In this document: positions 32,560 to 43,482 of the stretch, one piece after another | Layout of the letters: each line of letters opens with the position of its first letter | How positions within the stretch are numbered: position 1 is the stretch's first letter | DNA from: a virus | Taxonomy: Duplodnaviria; Caudoviricetes | Length of the DNA stretch: 44,780 nt | Virus record (IMG/VR): IMGVR_UViG_3300042934_000573 | Span: 1 to 44,780 of that record | Reading direction: 5' to 3' (one strand) | Made by a program: the position numbers and the translations under genes | The notes under the pieces: generated by a model | Database searches by the model: none | What the model was told of the DNA's origin: nothing | What the model saw: the letters and a program-made list of their open reading frames with translations, nothing else

Positions 32560-34479
32560 ATGGGTGAACAATTCGATTTTGATTTAGTAGCCAATGATGA
32601 TGCATCAAAGCAAATTGATAATATTGTTCGCTCAGTTCAATCACTCTATCCGCCACTGGATAAATTAAAAGGAGGGTTGAAACTCGGCGGGCAAGAAACA
32701 TTAAATGGCCTTGATTCTATAATAGGGCAATTTAAAACTTTAAATGTATTTGCTAAAGATGGTGTTCAGTTAATTGGCGATATGGTCCCCCCGTTAAAGA
32801 TGGTTGGGGGGATTACCCTTGGAATGGGGGCGGCGGCGGCTGGTATTTATAAAACAGTAACCGGCATGAGAGAGGCAGGGAAAAGTGCTCAGGAGCTTTC
32901 CACATCAGCCCAGAACGCAGGTTTAAGCGTTGAGAAATTTACTCAAATATCTGGTGCAATGCAGATATTAGGTATAGAGGCGGATTCTGCTAAACAGTCA
33001 GTCGAGGGGCTGTATAGCGTTTTTAATGAAGCTTTGCAGGGCAGGAATAACGAAGCGCTATCTTTGCTGAATCAGATTGGTGTTCAGATTGCAAAAAATA
33101 AAGATGGTACGGCTGATTTGGTCGGGACCATGCGCAATCTTTCAAAAATATTCCCGTCGTTAAGTTCTCAAAATCAGAAAAAAGTATCTGATTTGCTTGG
33201 ATTAGATGCAAACAGCTTACGTTTACTCAGGTCGGGTAAATTTGATGAGTTGATGAAAAAGTCCAGTCAGTTTGGCTTAACAGTTCCTGACGGCCTTAAC
33301 GAAGATCTCACCGGTATTAATGGTGCTATTAACGAGATGGGGGCCGCGTGGGATGGTTTGAAACAAAAAACCAAAGGCGGCTTTTACCGCCTGTTACTCT
33401 CCGATGGTTCAGTAAAAGACGGTATTGAGGGGATCACTGATTTACTTACTCACGGCCCTGATAACGTGGCAATTATGCACGCATTAGGGGTGACGAGAGG
33501 TGATGAAGCGGAACAGTTAAGAAAGGGGTATAACGACCCAGAATTTACTAAAACGCTAACGGTAACGGAAAAAACAGCGCTCGATTTCGGAACCATGACC
33601 GATGGGCTCCGCCAGAAATTTCAGGCGTATTACGGACCTAAAGACGCCGCTAGCCAGCTGGCGAGCGATCTGGCCATCGCATTACAGCGCGCCAGTGCAA
33701 CCGGACCAAATAGCTATCAGGGCGTCAATATTGGTCAGCCAAGCGCTGGTGTTAACCCTCGCGCGCGTTCAGTACGGAATAACAATCCCTGGAACCTTAA
33801 TTTTGCTGGTCAGCAAGGTGCTGTTATGGAGTCCGGCGCTGGCGGCGCTTCTCGATTCGCAAAATTTGAGACCCCTGAAGCCGGTATATCCGCCGCCGAT
33901 CGTCAGCTGATGTTGTATTACACCGGCCAAAGTAAGGCTGCTGGCAATCGTCCGCTCACGACATTATCGCAAATTATCAGTATGGCCTCCCCGCCTACTG
34001 ATGGTAACGACACGCGCGGCATGATTGACCGGGCGAGTAAAGAGGTAGGAGTAAGCCCTGGCGAGCAATTGAATCTGACCGACCCGGCATTAAGGGCCCG
34101 TGTTCTTACTGCGCTATTTAATCAGGAGGGTAACAATCCGTGGTCCTCTGAGCAGGTAAAATCGGTAATCAGCGGTGCGCCGGTGAGCCAGATTCAGAAC
34201 AAAACGGAAAACAACAACGTTTCAAACACATCTACTGTTAATAACAGTACGTCCAATTCTTCCACTGTTAGTAACAGTACGTCTAATTCATCCACTGAAA
34301 ATAGCAATACGAATACTCAGGTTCAAAGCCAGGGTATTTCTGATGCGGTACGTGAGGGGCTTTCCAGCACTAAGTTACAGGTTGAGGTGACGATGATTGA
34401 TCCGCGTACAAATCAGCAAACTCAGGCTACAGGGACGACTGGTGGCCGCGTTGCCGTCTCAATGCCATTTACGGGGTAA
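32560..34479 (+). CDS. Tape measure protein with putative muralytic domain
   Basis: Position and composition; RNNNPWNL...RFAKFETPEAG motif in the C-terminal half. Confidence 0.8.
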   Translation: MGEQFDFDLVANDDASKQIDNIVRSVQSLYPPLDKLKGGLKLGGQETLNGLDSIIGQFKTLNVFAKDGVQLIGDMVPPLKMVGGITLGMGAAAAGIYKTVTGMREAGKSAQELSTSAQNAGLSVEKFTQISGAMQILGIEADSAKQSVEGLYSVFNEALQGRNNEALSLLNQIGVQIAKNKDGTADLVGTMRNLSKIFPSLSSQNQKKVSDLLGLDANSLRLLRSGKFDELMKKSSQFGLTVPDGLNEDLTGINGAINEMGAAWDGLKQKTKGGFYRLLLSDGSVKDGIEGITDLLTHGPDNVAIMHALGVTRGDEAEQLRKGYNDPEFTKTLTVTEKTALDFGTMTDGLRQKFQAYYGPKDAASQLASDLAIALQRASATGPNSYQGVNIGQPSAGVNPRARSVRNNNPWNLNFAGQQGAVMESGAGGASRFAKFETPEAGISAADRQLMLYYTGQSKAAGNRPLTTLSQIISMASPPTDGNDTRGMIDRASKEVGVSPGEQLNLTDPALRARVLTALFNQEGNNPWSSEQVKSVISGAPVSQIQNKTENNNVSNTSTVNNSTSNSSTVSNSTSNSSTENSNTNTQVQSQGISDAVREGLSSTKLQVEVTMIDPRTNQQTQATGTTGGRVAVSMPFTG

Positions 34480-34481
34480 CT

Positions 34482-35840
34482 ATGAGTCTGATTGATACTG
34501 TGACTGATTTTTTTGATCCAGAAGGGTCAAGAAATTGGTTTGAAACGCTCCAGAAAGCACAATTTAGAGGGGTTCCGTTTGCCGTTCTGGGCGGGCAAAG
34601 CTCGTTTGGCCGTAAAACGGCCGTCCATGAGTACCCCTATCGAGATAAACCGTGGGTTGAGGATTTAGGCCGAGCGACCCGAAAATTTACTATCAAAGGT
34701 TTTTTGGTCGAGAACAGCGTTATTTACGGTGGTGGAGCGGTAATTGACCAGCGATCTAATCTTATAGCTGCATGTGAAACGGCTGGGGCCGGTACGCTTA
34801 TTCACCCGACGTATGGCGAATTAACGGTAAGCATTCCCTCTGGTGGCCTCCAGATTGTCGAGCAGTGGGATAACGGCCGTTATTTTGAGTTCACACTCAA
34901 TGCGATCGAGTCCGGGTTAAAGGTTTTTCCCGTCACAACATCAACGCCACTCCCGGATGAGGAGTCGTGGTTAAAGTCTATTGCGACAACGACACTTCAA
35001 TTTGTCACGACCATCAACAGCATACTCAGGAAAAGTACGGCGCTTATTCATACGTTGCAAAACACCGCCGTCTTTTGGGTTAGTCAGATCACCGGCACAG
35101 TGAATGAGGCTAACAACCTTATAAACACCATCACAGATACCTTTGATAGCGATAATTACGGACGGTTTCAGCCGTCGAGTAATAGTGGACTGGCCAGCAA
35201 TCAAACTTACCCGGTTCAGATGGAAAAACAGAAGTCAGCCAGCGCGCAGAATCGCGGGAAAGTGACAGCAGCCGGTGATGAGCTCGTTAAGTCGGTTGAT
35301 GCTGCCATTTACGCAGACAAGGCCAATGAGCTGTTATCAGCGGCTGTTTTAACGGTTAGCCAGCCACAGGACCAAATTCGAATTTTTGTGAATCTTTCGG
35401 TATTTGAAACAGGGGAATACGTACCTGGTCTTGATGGAGATGTACAAGCCGCTGCTACGTTATTTTTCCAGCGCCTGGCTCTGGCCTATTTGGGGCGCGC
35501 TGCGCTCAGCTATCAGCCTGTTTCGCATGATGATGCGTGGGAGGTCATGACGCTGGCTGGTGAGGTTCTGGAGGCTGGTGCGATAAATGCCGCTGATATG
35601 GGCCATGACGAGACTTATCGAGATCTGATCGCATTGCATAACACGGTTGTTTCAACGCTGACCGACCGCGGTGCGAATCTGGCCCGATTTACCGAGTATC
35701 AGTTTAATAACTCGCTTCCTTCTCTCGTTCTCTCCGAACGAATCTATCAGGACCCGGCACGTAACAATGAGCTGGTGAGGTGTGTCAACCCTGTTCATCC
35801 GGCATTTATGCCACTTGATTTCAAGGCTCTCAGCAAATGA
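34482..35840 (+). CDS. DNA circularisation protein (Mu gpN-like)
   Basis: AQFRGVPF...GRKTAVHEYPYRD.PWVEDLGR...GTLIHP.YG. Confidence 0.92.
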   Translation: MSLIDTVTDFFDPEGSRNWFETLQKAQFRGVPFAVLGGQSSFGRKTAVHEYPYRDKPWVEDLGRATRKFTIKGFLVENSVIYGGGAVIDQRSNLIAACETAGAGTLIHPTYGELTVSIPSGGLQIVEQWDNGRYFEFTLNAIESGLKVFPVTTSTPLPDEESWLKSIATTTLQFVTTINSILRKSTALIHTLQNTAVFWVSQITGTVNEANNLINTITDTFDSDNYGRFQPSSNSGLASNQTYPVQMEKQKSASAQNRGKVTAAGDELVKSVDAAIYADKANELLSAAVLTVSQPQDQIRIFVNLSVFETGEYVPGLDGDVQAAATLFFQRLALAYLGRAALSYQPVSHDDAWEVMTLAGEVLEAGAINAADMGHDETYRDLIALHNTVVSTLTDRGANLARFTEYQFNNSLPSLVLSERIYQDPARNNELVRCVNPVHPAFMPLDFKALSK

Positions 35841-36919
35841 CGACCGAAGCGGAAAACACCGATGAGTTATATCTGGAGGTCCGGGGCCGCGCCTTGCATG
35901 GTTGGGACCGAATACGCATAACGCGTGGCATCGAGAGAATGCCATCAGATTTTGATATCTCGATCATGGACTATTACCCAGGAGACGACCAACAACAGCT
36001 GGTCAGTCCTGGCGATCCTTGTGTGGTTAAGCTGGGGAAGGATGTGGTTATTACCGGCTATGTTGACCGCTGGTGTCCCTCGATCCGGCCAAATCAGCAT
36101 CAGATTCGTGTGACCGGCCGTGGAAAATGTCAGGACCTGGTTGATTGTTCGGCGGAGTGGGAAAGTAATGTCATGACCGGGCTCGATGCGCTGGCCATGT
36201 CTCAACGCCTCGCCGCGCCTTATGGAATTGACGTTACATCCGACGTCACCGGGCTACAGGCCGCCCCCCAGTTTACGATTAACTGGGGTGAGAGCTCACA
36301 GGAGATTATTGATCGTGTGTGCCGGTGGAGTGCGTTACTCGCGTATGACCTACCTGACGGGAACCTATATCTGACCCGTGTTGGCACGAAAAAAGCCGCG
36401 TCTGGCGTCGTTCAGGGGGAAAACATCCAGGCGGCTGATTATCAGAGTTGCATGGATCAGCGTTTTTCCGACTATGTAGGGTTGTCCATGTCGGTTACGC
36501 CGCTGTATGAGGTGGGGTCCTCTGTTGAGTATGGCGGGACGTTTCTGGCCAGCGCGCAAGACCCCGAAAAAATGCGCCACCGAAAAAAAATCGACATTAT
36601 AGAAAGTACGATGATCGCGAACGGTGTGGCGCAACAGTACATAGACTGGGAAATGAACCGCCGTTACGGCCGCTCAAAGGCTCTCCGGGTTGTTGTGGAC
36701 AGCTGGCGCGATAAGTCCGGCGCGCTTTGGGAGATAAACACCCAGATCCCGATCAGTATTCCCGTATTTAACATCACTGATATGTATTGGTTGCTTGCTG
36801 AGGTGACGTTTACGCGTGATCAACGTGGGACGACGGCTGAGCTTATTTTGATGCCTCCAGAAGCCTTTACCGTGGAGCCATACCAGTTCTATCAGCAGGT
36901 CAGGGAGCTCAATTATTAA
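35837..36919 (+). CDS. Baseplate hub (Mu gp44-like)
   Basis: GWDRIRITRGIE...ITGYVD...GRGK..DLVDCSA. Confidence 0.9.
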   Translation: MTTEAENTDELYLEVRGRALHGWDRIRITRGIERMPSDFDISIMDYYPGDDQQQLVSPGDPCVVKLGKDVVITGYVDRWCPSIRPNQHQIRVTGRGKCQDLVDCSAEWESNVMTGLDALAMSQRLAAPYGIDVTSDVTGLQAAPQFTINWGESSQEIIDRVCRWSALLAYDLPDGNLYLTRVGTKKAASGVVQGENIQAADYQSCMDQRFSDYVGLSMSVTPLYEVGSSVEYGGTFLASAQDPEKMRHRKKIDIIESTMIANGVAQQYIDWEMNRRYGRSKALRVVVDSWRDKSGALWEINTQIPISIPVFNITDMYWLLAEVTFTRDQRGTTAELILMPPEAFTVEPYQFYQQVRELNY

Positions 36920-37515
36920 TGGATATCAGCGCTCTTTACCGCCAGCTTTTACGCCGTATTCAAATGGCGGTGTCTATTGGCCGCATAACGGCGACCAGCG
37001 ATAGCGGCCCGATCCAAAAACTACAGGTGCAGACCCCTTTAGAGGTCCGGGGCGATACCCCGCGCATGAGTGATTTTGGTTTCTCCTCAGGCTTGCCGGT
37101 GGGGTCTGATGTGGTAGTGGCTTTTTTAGGCGGGGATCGCTCGTCAGGCGTCATTATTGCATCAAATCACCAGTCCCACCGGCAATCAGGCTTAAAGCCA
37201 GGTGAGACGATCATTTATAGCCAATGGGGCCAGCTCGTAAAGCTTACCGAAACCGGCATAACAATAGATGCCGCTGGCCAGCCGGTGGACGTTGTAAATT
37301 CTACTGTGGTGACGATCACTGCCAGTGAGGAGGTTATGGCCAAAACGCCGGTTCTGAAATGCACCGGTGACATTATTGATAACTGTGAAAGCAACACAGC
37401 AACGCTCAAGGAGCTCCGGGAAGCGTACAACGGCCATGGCCACCCGGTTAAAAATGTTCAGGGTGGTAATAGTACAATTGACAGTGAAAAACCGTCTAAT
37501 CCGGTTGGAGGGTAG
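36919..37515 (+). CDS. Baseplate spike (Mu gp45-like)
   Basis: FGFSS..P.G..V..FLGGDRS.G; C-terminal YNGHGH. Confidence 0.9.
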   Translation: MDISALYRQLLRRIQMAVSIGRITATSDSGPIQKLQVQTPLEVRGDTPRMSDFGFSSGLPVGSDVVVAFLGGDRSSGVIIASNHQSHRQSGLKPGETIIYSQWGQLVKLTETGITIDAAGQPVDVVNSTVVTITASEEVMAKTPVLKCTGDIIDNCESNTATLKELREAYNGHGHPVKNVQGGNSTIDSEKPSNPVGG

Positions 37516-37518
37516 CCA

Positions 37519-37962
37519 GTGAGTGATATCAAAACAGTCTGGAAAATAGATTCCGGGGGCTGGATATCCGAAACCGGCGATCTGGCCAGCGGTGACGATC
37601 TCGATACAGCCGTTTTAATCTCTCTTTTCACTGACCAGCAAGCGCGAGCAGATGACACCTATGACGGAAATGATCGCCGGGGCTGGTGGGGGGATATGGG
37701 CGAAGATTACCGCATTGGGTCCCGGTTATGGCTGATTTACCGTCAGCGCTTATCACGGGATACGGCAGAAAAGGCCAAAGATTACGCCCGTGAGGCGCTG
37801 CAATGGATGCTTGATGACCTTATAGCTGAATCGGTGGCGGTGACTTATCGCATTGTCTACCCGTCGTCGCTATATCTGTACGTTGAAATTAAGCAGCCGG
37901 ACGGGACAAAGCGAAGTTTTGAATTTGACTGGGCATGGGGAGAAATAGCGAATGCCGTATAA
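37519..37962 (+). CDS. Baseplate wedge protein (Mu gp46-like)
   Basis: LDTAVLISLFTD...RGWWGD...GSRLWL. Confidence 0.92.
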   Translation: MSDIKTVWKIDSGGWISETGDLASGDDLDTAVLISLFTDQQARADDTYDGNDRRGWWGDMGEDYRIGSRLWLIYRQRLSRDTAEKAKDYAREALQWMLDDLIAESVAVTYRIVYPSSLYLYVEIKQPDGTKRSFEFDWAWGEIANAV

Positions 37963-39100
37963 GCACCCGACATTAACGGATCTGAGGGGGCAGGTTCAAA
38001 GCGATATTCAGAGCGCGTTACCCAAAACAGGTGGCCTCCTTAGGTTTTCTAACCTGAAAATCACCGGCGACGTTCAGGCCGGGTTATCTTATGGCCACTA
38101 CGGTTATCTTGACTGGATCGCTCAACAATCAACGCCTTTTACCGCTACAGATGAGTATTTAGAAGCTTGGGCGGCACTGGTGATGGTATACCGAAAGCCC
38201 GCAACGGCTGCGAAAAGTCCAACGGCTAAAGCCACGGGAACGGGCGGGACGGTTCCTGTCGGTGCAATTGTTAACCGTAAAGATGGTATTCAATACACGC
38301 TCGATAAAGCTCTAACGATCGGGGCTGATGGAACCGCGTTAACGTCTGTGACGGCTGTTCTTCTCTCTCCTCTCGATGATCCCACAGCTGGTGGCGCATT
38401 AGGTAACGCGCCAGCCGGTACAATTCTGACGCTGGATAAAAGTTATCCTGGTGTTGATTCCCAGATAACGCTTGTTGACCCGGCCACTGGTGGGACAAAC
38501 GTAGAAAAAGACGAGCCTTTACGTACCCGTATGCTCCTGGAGTATCAGGCATTACCGCAGGGCGGAAGCGAAACAGATTACGTTAACTGGGCGCTGGCGG
38601 TGTCTGGTGTTACGCGTGCGTGGTGTGTGCGTCGTCTGATGGGCGTGGGAACGGTCGGGATATACATCATGTGTGATGGTGACGATCAGACAAACCACGG
38701 CTTTCCAGTGGGCTCTGATGGCCTCTCACAGTATGAGGACTGGGGTTATTACGCGAAAGCTACCGGCGACCAGTTGCGTGTTGCTGATGCTATTTACCCA
38801 AAACAAACTGTAACAGCCTTGGTTTATGTTGCCTCTCCGATCGCAAAGGTCATTAATTTTACAATTACCGGTATTATTCAGCAGAACGAAGACCTGACGG
38901 CGGCTATTAGCACCGCTATCAACGAGGTATTTTTTACCCGTGGCGATCCTACCGGAGAGGGAATTATAACGCTCTCATCAATCAACGGCGCGATCGCAGC
39001 TATACCGGGGACCGATGGTTTTTTAATTGAATCTCCAACGCAAAACATCCCGCTGGCCGTTGGTGAGCTCCCCCAACTCGGAACGGTGGATATCAAATGA
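37952..39100 (+). CDS. Baseplate J-like protein (Mu gp47-like)
   Basis: GYLDWIAQQ..P.TA..EYL; GGS..DYVNWA. Confidence 0.92.
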   Translation: MPYKHPTLTDLRGQVQSDIQSALPKTGGLLRFSNLKITGDVQAGLSYGHYGYLDWIAQQSTPFTATDEYLEAWAALVMVYRKPATAAKSPTAKATGTGGTVPVGAIVNRKDGIQYTLDKALTIGADGTALTSVTAVLLSPLDDPTAGGALGNAPAGTILTLDKSYPGVDSQITLVDPATGGTNVEKDEPLRTRMLLEYQALPQGGSETDYVNWALAVSGVTRAWCVRRLMGVGTVGIYIMCDGDDQTNHGFPVGSDGLSQYEDWGYYAKATGDQLRVADAIYPKQTVTALVYVASPIAKVINFTITGIIQQNEDLTAAISTAINEVFFTRGDPTGEGIITLSSINGAIAAIPGTDGFLIESPTQNIPLAVGELPQLGTVDIK

Positions 39101-39693
39101 CGAGCCTTTATACTTCCGCTGATTATCAATCGGCTTTGCTGGCTCATTTCCCGCGCGGGAGAGTCTGGCAAACGGGGCCTGATAATCCGCAAACCAATCT
39201 GGCCAAAGCGTTGGCCAAATCGTTTCAACGTGTGGATGCCAGCGCGCTCAGTTTATTAGCTGGTGGATTTCCGGCGACGGCTCTGGAGCTGTTACCCGAG
39301 TGGGAGGAGTCGCTGGGCCTCCCGGATAATTGCACGATAGGCGAAACATACACGATTGAGCGCCGTCGTCAGGCGGTTGTATCGCGTCTTGTGGGTAAAG
39401 GGTCGCTGTCAAAACAGTTTTATATCAATCTTGCCAAAACGCTAGGCTATGACATAACCATTGATGAATTTCGCCAGGCACGGGCAGGGTTTAGTGTATG
39501 TGGTGAGGCGATTAATGGTGAGGATTGGCCGTTTGTCTGGCGTGTAAATGCTCAACAAACAACATACGTCCCCGCTCGATGCGGAATTACTTATTGTGGT
39601 GAACCGTTAGCCACATGGGGTAATAAAATTCTTGAATGTACTCTTAACCAATTAGCTCCACCGTTTACCGTGCTGTTATTTGGTTATTATTAA
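39097..39693 (+). CDS. Baseplate protein YmfQ / Mu gp48-like
   Basis: PRGRVW...LLPEWEESLGLPD...LECTLNQLAP. Confidence 0.9.
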   Translation: MTSLYTSADYQSALLAHFPRGRVWQTGPDNPQTNLAKALAKSFQRVDASALSLLAGGFPATALELLPEWEESLGLPDNCTIGETYTIERRRQAVVSRLVGKGSLSKQFYINLAKTLGYDITIDEFRQARAGFSVCGEAINGEDWPFVWRVNAQQTTYVPARCGITYCGEPLATWGNKILECTLNQLAPPFTVLLFGYY

Positions 39694-39739
39694 TTAAATT
39701 TAATTATTGGTTAATCAAATTAAGTTTTGAGGGTTTTAT

Positions 39740-41032
39740 ATGCAAAAAATAGGTGACATTACAAATACGGCTACGCCTGATGGAGAGTTTACTGATGGTA
39801 GTGTAGCTGGTGGCGTTAGCCCTACTATATTACCAGCGGAGTGGTTTAATACCATTCAGAGAGAGCTTTGTAATATTGTTGTAGAAAGTGGAGGAACGTT
39901 AGATCCTGATAACGATACGCAGATTTTAGAAGCGATAACTAAAATAGCTCAAGGGATTATTCCAGATTTTACGGTTGTATCATCATCAACAGACACAACC
40001 GCTGGCCGTATTGTAAATGTTGGCTGGCAGGGATTGGGGGGAGCCACACAGATCGCAATGGGGAAAGTTTCCCAGTTTTTGGCGAATACCGATTCAACTA
40101 AGCCAGAATTACCAAGTAACGGGGCCGGTTTTCAGTCGTGCTATGCCCCCAATCGACGAGCACAATTATTTTTAACTACCGATAATGGTTTGTATGTACG
40201 GTTTACGCTATCAGATACTGCGCTTGATTCAACAACACCTTGGGTGAGAGCTTATACAACCTCCTATAAACCCTCTGCCGCAGACGTTGGAGCGCTTCCA
40301 GTTTCATCAAACAGTCTCACAGTTGATCTTAATACTCTAGGGCGTGCAGACAGTCGTGGTATTTATTATCAAGCTACTAATGCTGGCGCTACGGCGGCTA
40401 ATCACTATCCGGTACAGGTAGCGGGAACTTTATATGTGACGCCCTCGGCTTACGGTTCTCAGCAGATGTATGTGACGTATACTAACCGCATATTCATTCG
40501 GGCGGTGACGGGTAGTTTTACTGGAACTGGCCCTTGGTCTGAGTGGGTTGAAATGTATGGTCCAAACAACAGACCTAATTCAGATGCAGTCAACTGCATA
40601 GCGCGTGATGGGAGTCATGTCGGTGGGTTTGCAAATGGTGATGCCGCGCGTCCTTATATGCGCCATACGGCGAGTAATGCTGTAGTTGAGCTTGCAAAGA
40701 AAGGGGATTCGTATACTAAGACAGAAAGTGATAATGGGTATATGCCAAAAACAAGTGCATATACCAAAGGAGAAAGTGATGGGCGATACCAGCCAAAAGG
40801 CAGCTATGCACCTGCTGGTGAAGCTTATACAAAGGCTGAAAGCAATGCCAGGTATCCTACGGGATTTAGGATTGGGGCGAGAACGCGATATGATGGATCT
40901 GATTACGCATCAAAAATACCTCAAGGTGCTGTAAATATATGTGATTTCACTAATGGTGATAACCGAATTAACGGGACGATGTATGCTTACCCACAATATC
41001 TTATTAATGGAAATTGGTACAATTTCTCGTGA
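39740..41032 (+). CDS. Tail fibre protein
   Basis: [23 protein letters not shown]-terminus; YP...AGTL.V knob; YTKxES repeats. Confidence 0.9.
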   Translation: MQKIGDITNTATPDGEFTDGSVAGGVSPTILPAEWFNTIQRELCNIVVESGGTLDPDNDTQILEAITKIAQGIIPDFTVVSSSTDTTAGRIVNVGWQGLGGATQIAMGKVSQFLANTDSTKPELPSNGAGFQSCYAPNRRAQLFLTTDNGLYVRFTLSDTALDSTTPWVRAYTTSYKPSAADVGALPVSSNSLTVDLNTLGRADSRGIYYQATNAGATAANHYPVQVAGTLYVTPSAYGSQQMYVTYTNRIFIRAVTGSFTGTGPWSEWVEMYGPNNRPNSDAVNCIARDGSHVGGFANGDAARPYMRHTASNAVVELAKKGDSYTKTESDNGYMPKTSAYTKGESDGRYQPKGSYAPAGEAYTKAESNARYPTGFRIGARTRYDGSDYASKIPQGAVNICDFTNGDNRINGTMYAYPQYLINGNWYNFS

Positions 41033-41040
41033 GGGCTGAT

Positions 41041-41565
41041 ATGAAGTATTTAGGGTTCTTTAAATTATATACGCCGGAAAATCCTGAGGTTCTTGGCGCT
41101 TCATATATAATGAATGAGTTTGGCGAGGATTGGTATACAATAGCTCATGATCATTTGCGAATAAAAAATAAATATTATGCGGCAACTGATGCAAGTGGGA
41201 ATGTTATGTGCGTGACAGATGATGGTGAATCATTCTTTCCAAAGGACTTCAAGGCTTGGGAAATAGATAAGGATAGCGCGCCGGAAAATATTCTTATTGA
41301 AGGTTATAATGCTACTATTGTGGATGGTATCTATTCTGTTAACTATATAAAATCAGCAGAGGCTAAAAAAAATGCATTGCTTTCTGAAGCATCTATCGAA
41401 ATAGTGCCACTGCAAGATGCGGTGGAACTAGATATTGCAACAGAAGAAGAATCCATCATGTTGACAGAATGGAAAAAATATCGGGTTCTCCTTAATCGAG
41501 TTGATCCAAGTAAAGCACCTGAGATATCGTGGCCTGTCAAGCCGCTGGGTTTAAAAGCAAGTTAG
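41041..41565 (+). CDS. Tail fibre assembly protein
   Basis: [15 protein letters not shown]...[19 protein letters not shown]. Confidence 0.92.
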   Translation: MKYLGFFKLYTPENPEVLGASYIMNEFGEDWYTIAHDHLRIKNKYYAATDASGNVMCVTDDGESFFPKDFKAWEIDKDSAPENILIEGYNATIVDGIYSVNYIKSAEAKKNALLSEASIEIVPLQDAVELDIATEEESIMLTEWKKYRVLLNRVDPSKAPEISWPVKPLGLKAS

Positions 41566-41633
41566 CTTGTCTACAATGAATAAATTGCATTGCAGCCCTA
41601 TCCAATGGGGCTGCTGTTTCGTTTGATTAATTT

Positions 41634-42569
41634 ATGATATCATACGCTATGGAAGATAAAACTATGGTGTGTGCTATGTTGATACCAAAATTTTTAAATT
41701 GGGAAGAATGTTCCCTTAAAGAATACGAAGAGATTTGTTTAAGGTATGGATTTAATTGCGAGTCATCGCCTCATTTTTTGTCCTTTATGTTAAAGAACAA
41801 CGCTCCTCTTAAATTTTTTTCTTTCAGCAAAAATGGTGTCGCTGTCGGTGGCGCTTGTGTTGAAAATGGTTGGCTTGCTAATGATTATAAAAATAATAAC
41901 CGAGCCATTAAATCATTGTTAATGCCGAAACATTCCATTTTCCTTCCTTTAAAGGACGGTGGTAAATATATATTGCCTTTTAAATCAAAATGCCTACATC
42001 CTTTGCAAAGAACCCTTTTTCTCAATAGTTCTTATGAGTTATTTAGCAAGCGTAAGGTCGCTATAGCGAAAAACCCGCGCAATGACTTTTCGAAGAAAAC
42101 TGTATCAACTAGAGAGCGCGAGATACGAAGATTTTTGGCGAGTGGTGGGGCGTTTAAATCAATAAGAGAAATAACTGCTGATGCTCTTTTTGATATCTAC
42201 AGTGACTTATATCGCCAGAGAAGAAATAAACCAGTGATCGACCAAGATTTAAATAGAGGATTTTTTAATGAGTATCATCATAATTTCAAAGGTGAAATCA
42301 TGATGATAGGCGATGAGCCCATTGCTATGCAATTGTTGTTGTCCGTGGATAACATTGCGGGTATTTTTGTAGACTACATTAATATCGGGTATAAACCCAG
42401 TACGGAAATTAATTCGTTAGGTACGATTATGATGTGGCGAAACTTGACTGAAATAAATTCTTCTGCTTTGGAGTCTAAAAAGAATTTGTATTATTCCTTT
42501 GGTCATATGTCAGGCGATTATAAAGAAAGATGGTGTATTCCTGAACCTGTCGGTCGATCTCTAATCTGA
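41634..42569 (+). CDS. Mig-14 family (GNAT-fold) protein, moron
   Basis: Motif order matches Salmonella Mig-14: FSKK...R..E..RFL..GG..KS, GTIMMW.N, YKERW..P...GRS; AT-rich; start codon uncertain. Confidence 0.8.
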   Translation: MISYAMEDKTMVCAMLIPKFLNWEECSLKEYEEICLRYGFNCESSPHFLSFMLKNNAPLKFFSFSKNGVAVGGACVENGWLANDYKNNNRAIKSLLMPKHSIFLPLKDGGKYILPFKSKCLHPLQRTLFLNSSYELFSKRKVAIAKNPRNDFSKKTVSTREREIRRFLASGGAFKSIREITADALFDIYSDLYRQRRNKPVIDQDLNRGFFNEYHHNFKGEIMMIGDEPIAMQLLLSVDNIAGIFVDYINIGYKPSTEINSLGTIMMWRNLTEINSSALESKKNLYYSFGHMSGDYKERWCIPEPVGRSLI

Positions 42570-42631
42570 TAAATACCCCCTCACCGGTTCTTTCTGGGTC
42601 GTGGTATGGTCACATTCACATAAGTATCTGT

Positions 42632-42659
42632 TTGACGTTGCGTTGCTGTGGAGTAGAAT
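42632..42659 (+). promoter_or_regulatory. Putative rep operon promoter
   Basis: TTGACG-16-TAGAAT followed by three GATC sites. Confidence 0.55.
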
Positions 42660-42842
42660 CTTGATCGTTTTGCGATCCTTTCTGGATCTTTAACAAGGAG
42701 TTGGGTAATTTGAACCCACTCAGCACGGGATCAGGTGCATAACGCTGGGTCATGTGCTAGAGTTCACCTGTTGACTACAAAACGTAGCAAAACATGCAGT
42801 ATGGGATTTAAGGGCGCTTTCGCAGGGTATCGCGGGAGTCTA

Positions 42843-42931
42843 GAAGAACAAAGGCCCGCTAACGAATTAGCGGGCCTCTGCGGTTCAAATCTTTGTCAGC
42901 CTAAGCCACACAAATCATCGAGCCTCGACAA
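42843..42931 (-). ncRNA. CopA/Inc-like antisense copy-control RNA
   Basis: Minus-strand TTGCAT-18-TATAAT (42966-42937); 11-bp hairpin 42852-42877 with T-rich tail, in the rep leader. Confidence 0.65.
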
Positions 42932-42993
42932 CTCCGATTATAGTGTGGCCCTGGCTGACAATGCAAGCGAATCGCATGCATTAGGCCAGGAAA

Positions 42994-43482
42994 ATGGAAA
43001 AACACACACCCAAACTACGGCCGGGGACTATCTACCCCGATCCATGCAAGCGGCAAACGCCCGTTTTAATCGCTCGTTTTCTCGATCGCATCAGTGACAA
43101 AGACCTAACTGCGGACATTGCGTTTTTCATATCGCCATGCCTCCCGTTTACTGTTCATCATCGTGACGTTAGGCCGGATGGCCGACAGAGTATTAACGCT
43201 GTGCTGCGTGTTTTGCTGGCGAATGTTGATGTAGCGACTTCTTCGATAACTGTCAGCCAAAGCCATTTAGCCAAACAGCCTGAGGGGGGTAATCTCTCGA
43301 AAACCCGTTTTTCTCGTGCGCTAAAAAGATTAGAGCGCGCGGGGATTATATATTTTTCAAGATCTGCCGGTCGTAGAGCGACGATTGTTCTCACTGAGTT
43401 GGGCCTTGGGGTGTATGGAATTTCACCGGAGGAATGGTGCGCTGCCGGTGGCGTTTTGCGCGGGAGGGATTCGCGCATATGA
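42994..43482 (+). CDS. Truncated RepA paralogue (N-terminal wHTH region)
   Basis: Aligns by eye to the adjacent RepA (DLT.D..F, INA, LA.Q, GN.S.TR..RAL, IV.T, GISPE.W); ATGA-coupled to repA. Confidence 0.75.
   Translation: MEKHTPKLRPGTIYPDPCKRQTPVLIARFLDRISDKDLTADIAFFISPCLPFTVHHRDVRPDGRQSINAVLRVLLANVDVATSSITVSQSHLAKQPEGGNLSKTRFSRALKRLERAGIIYFSRSAGRRATIVLTELGLGVYGISPEEWCAAGGVLRGRDSRI

Noticed and set aside
39740-41565. Invertible tail-fibre cassette or diversity-generating retroelement
   Set aside because: No invertase, reverse transcriptase, inverted second fibre or template repeat seen
42735-43097. 120-aa ORF across the rep leader
   Set aside because: Overlaps the antisense RNA and hairpins with no recognisable domain; a shorter leader peptide in this frame cannot be excluded
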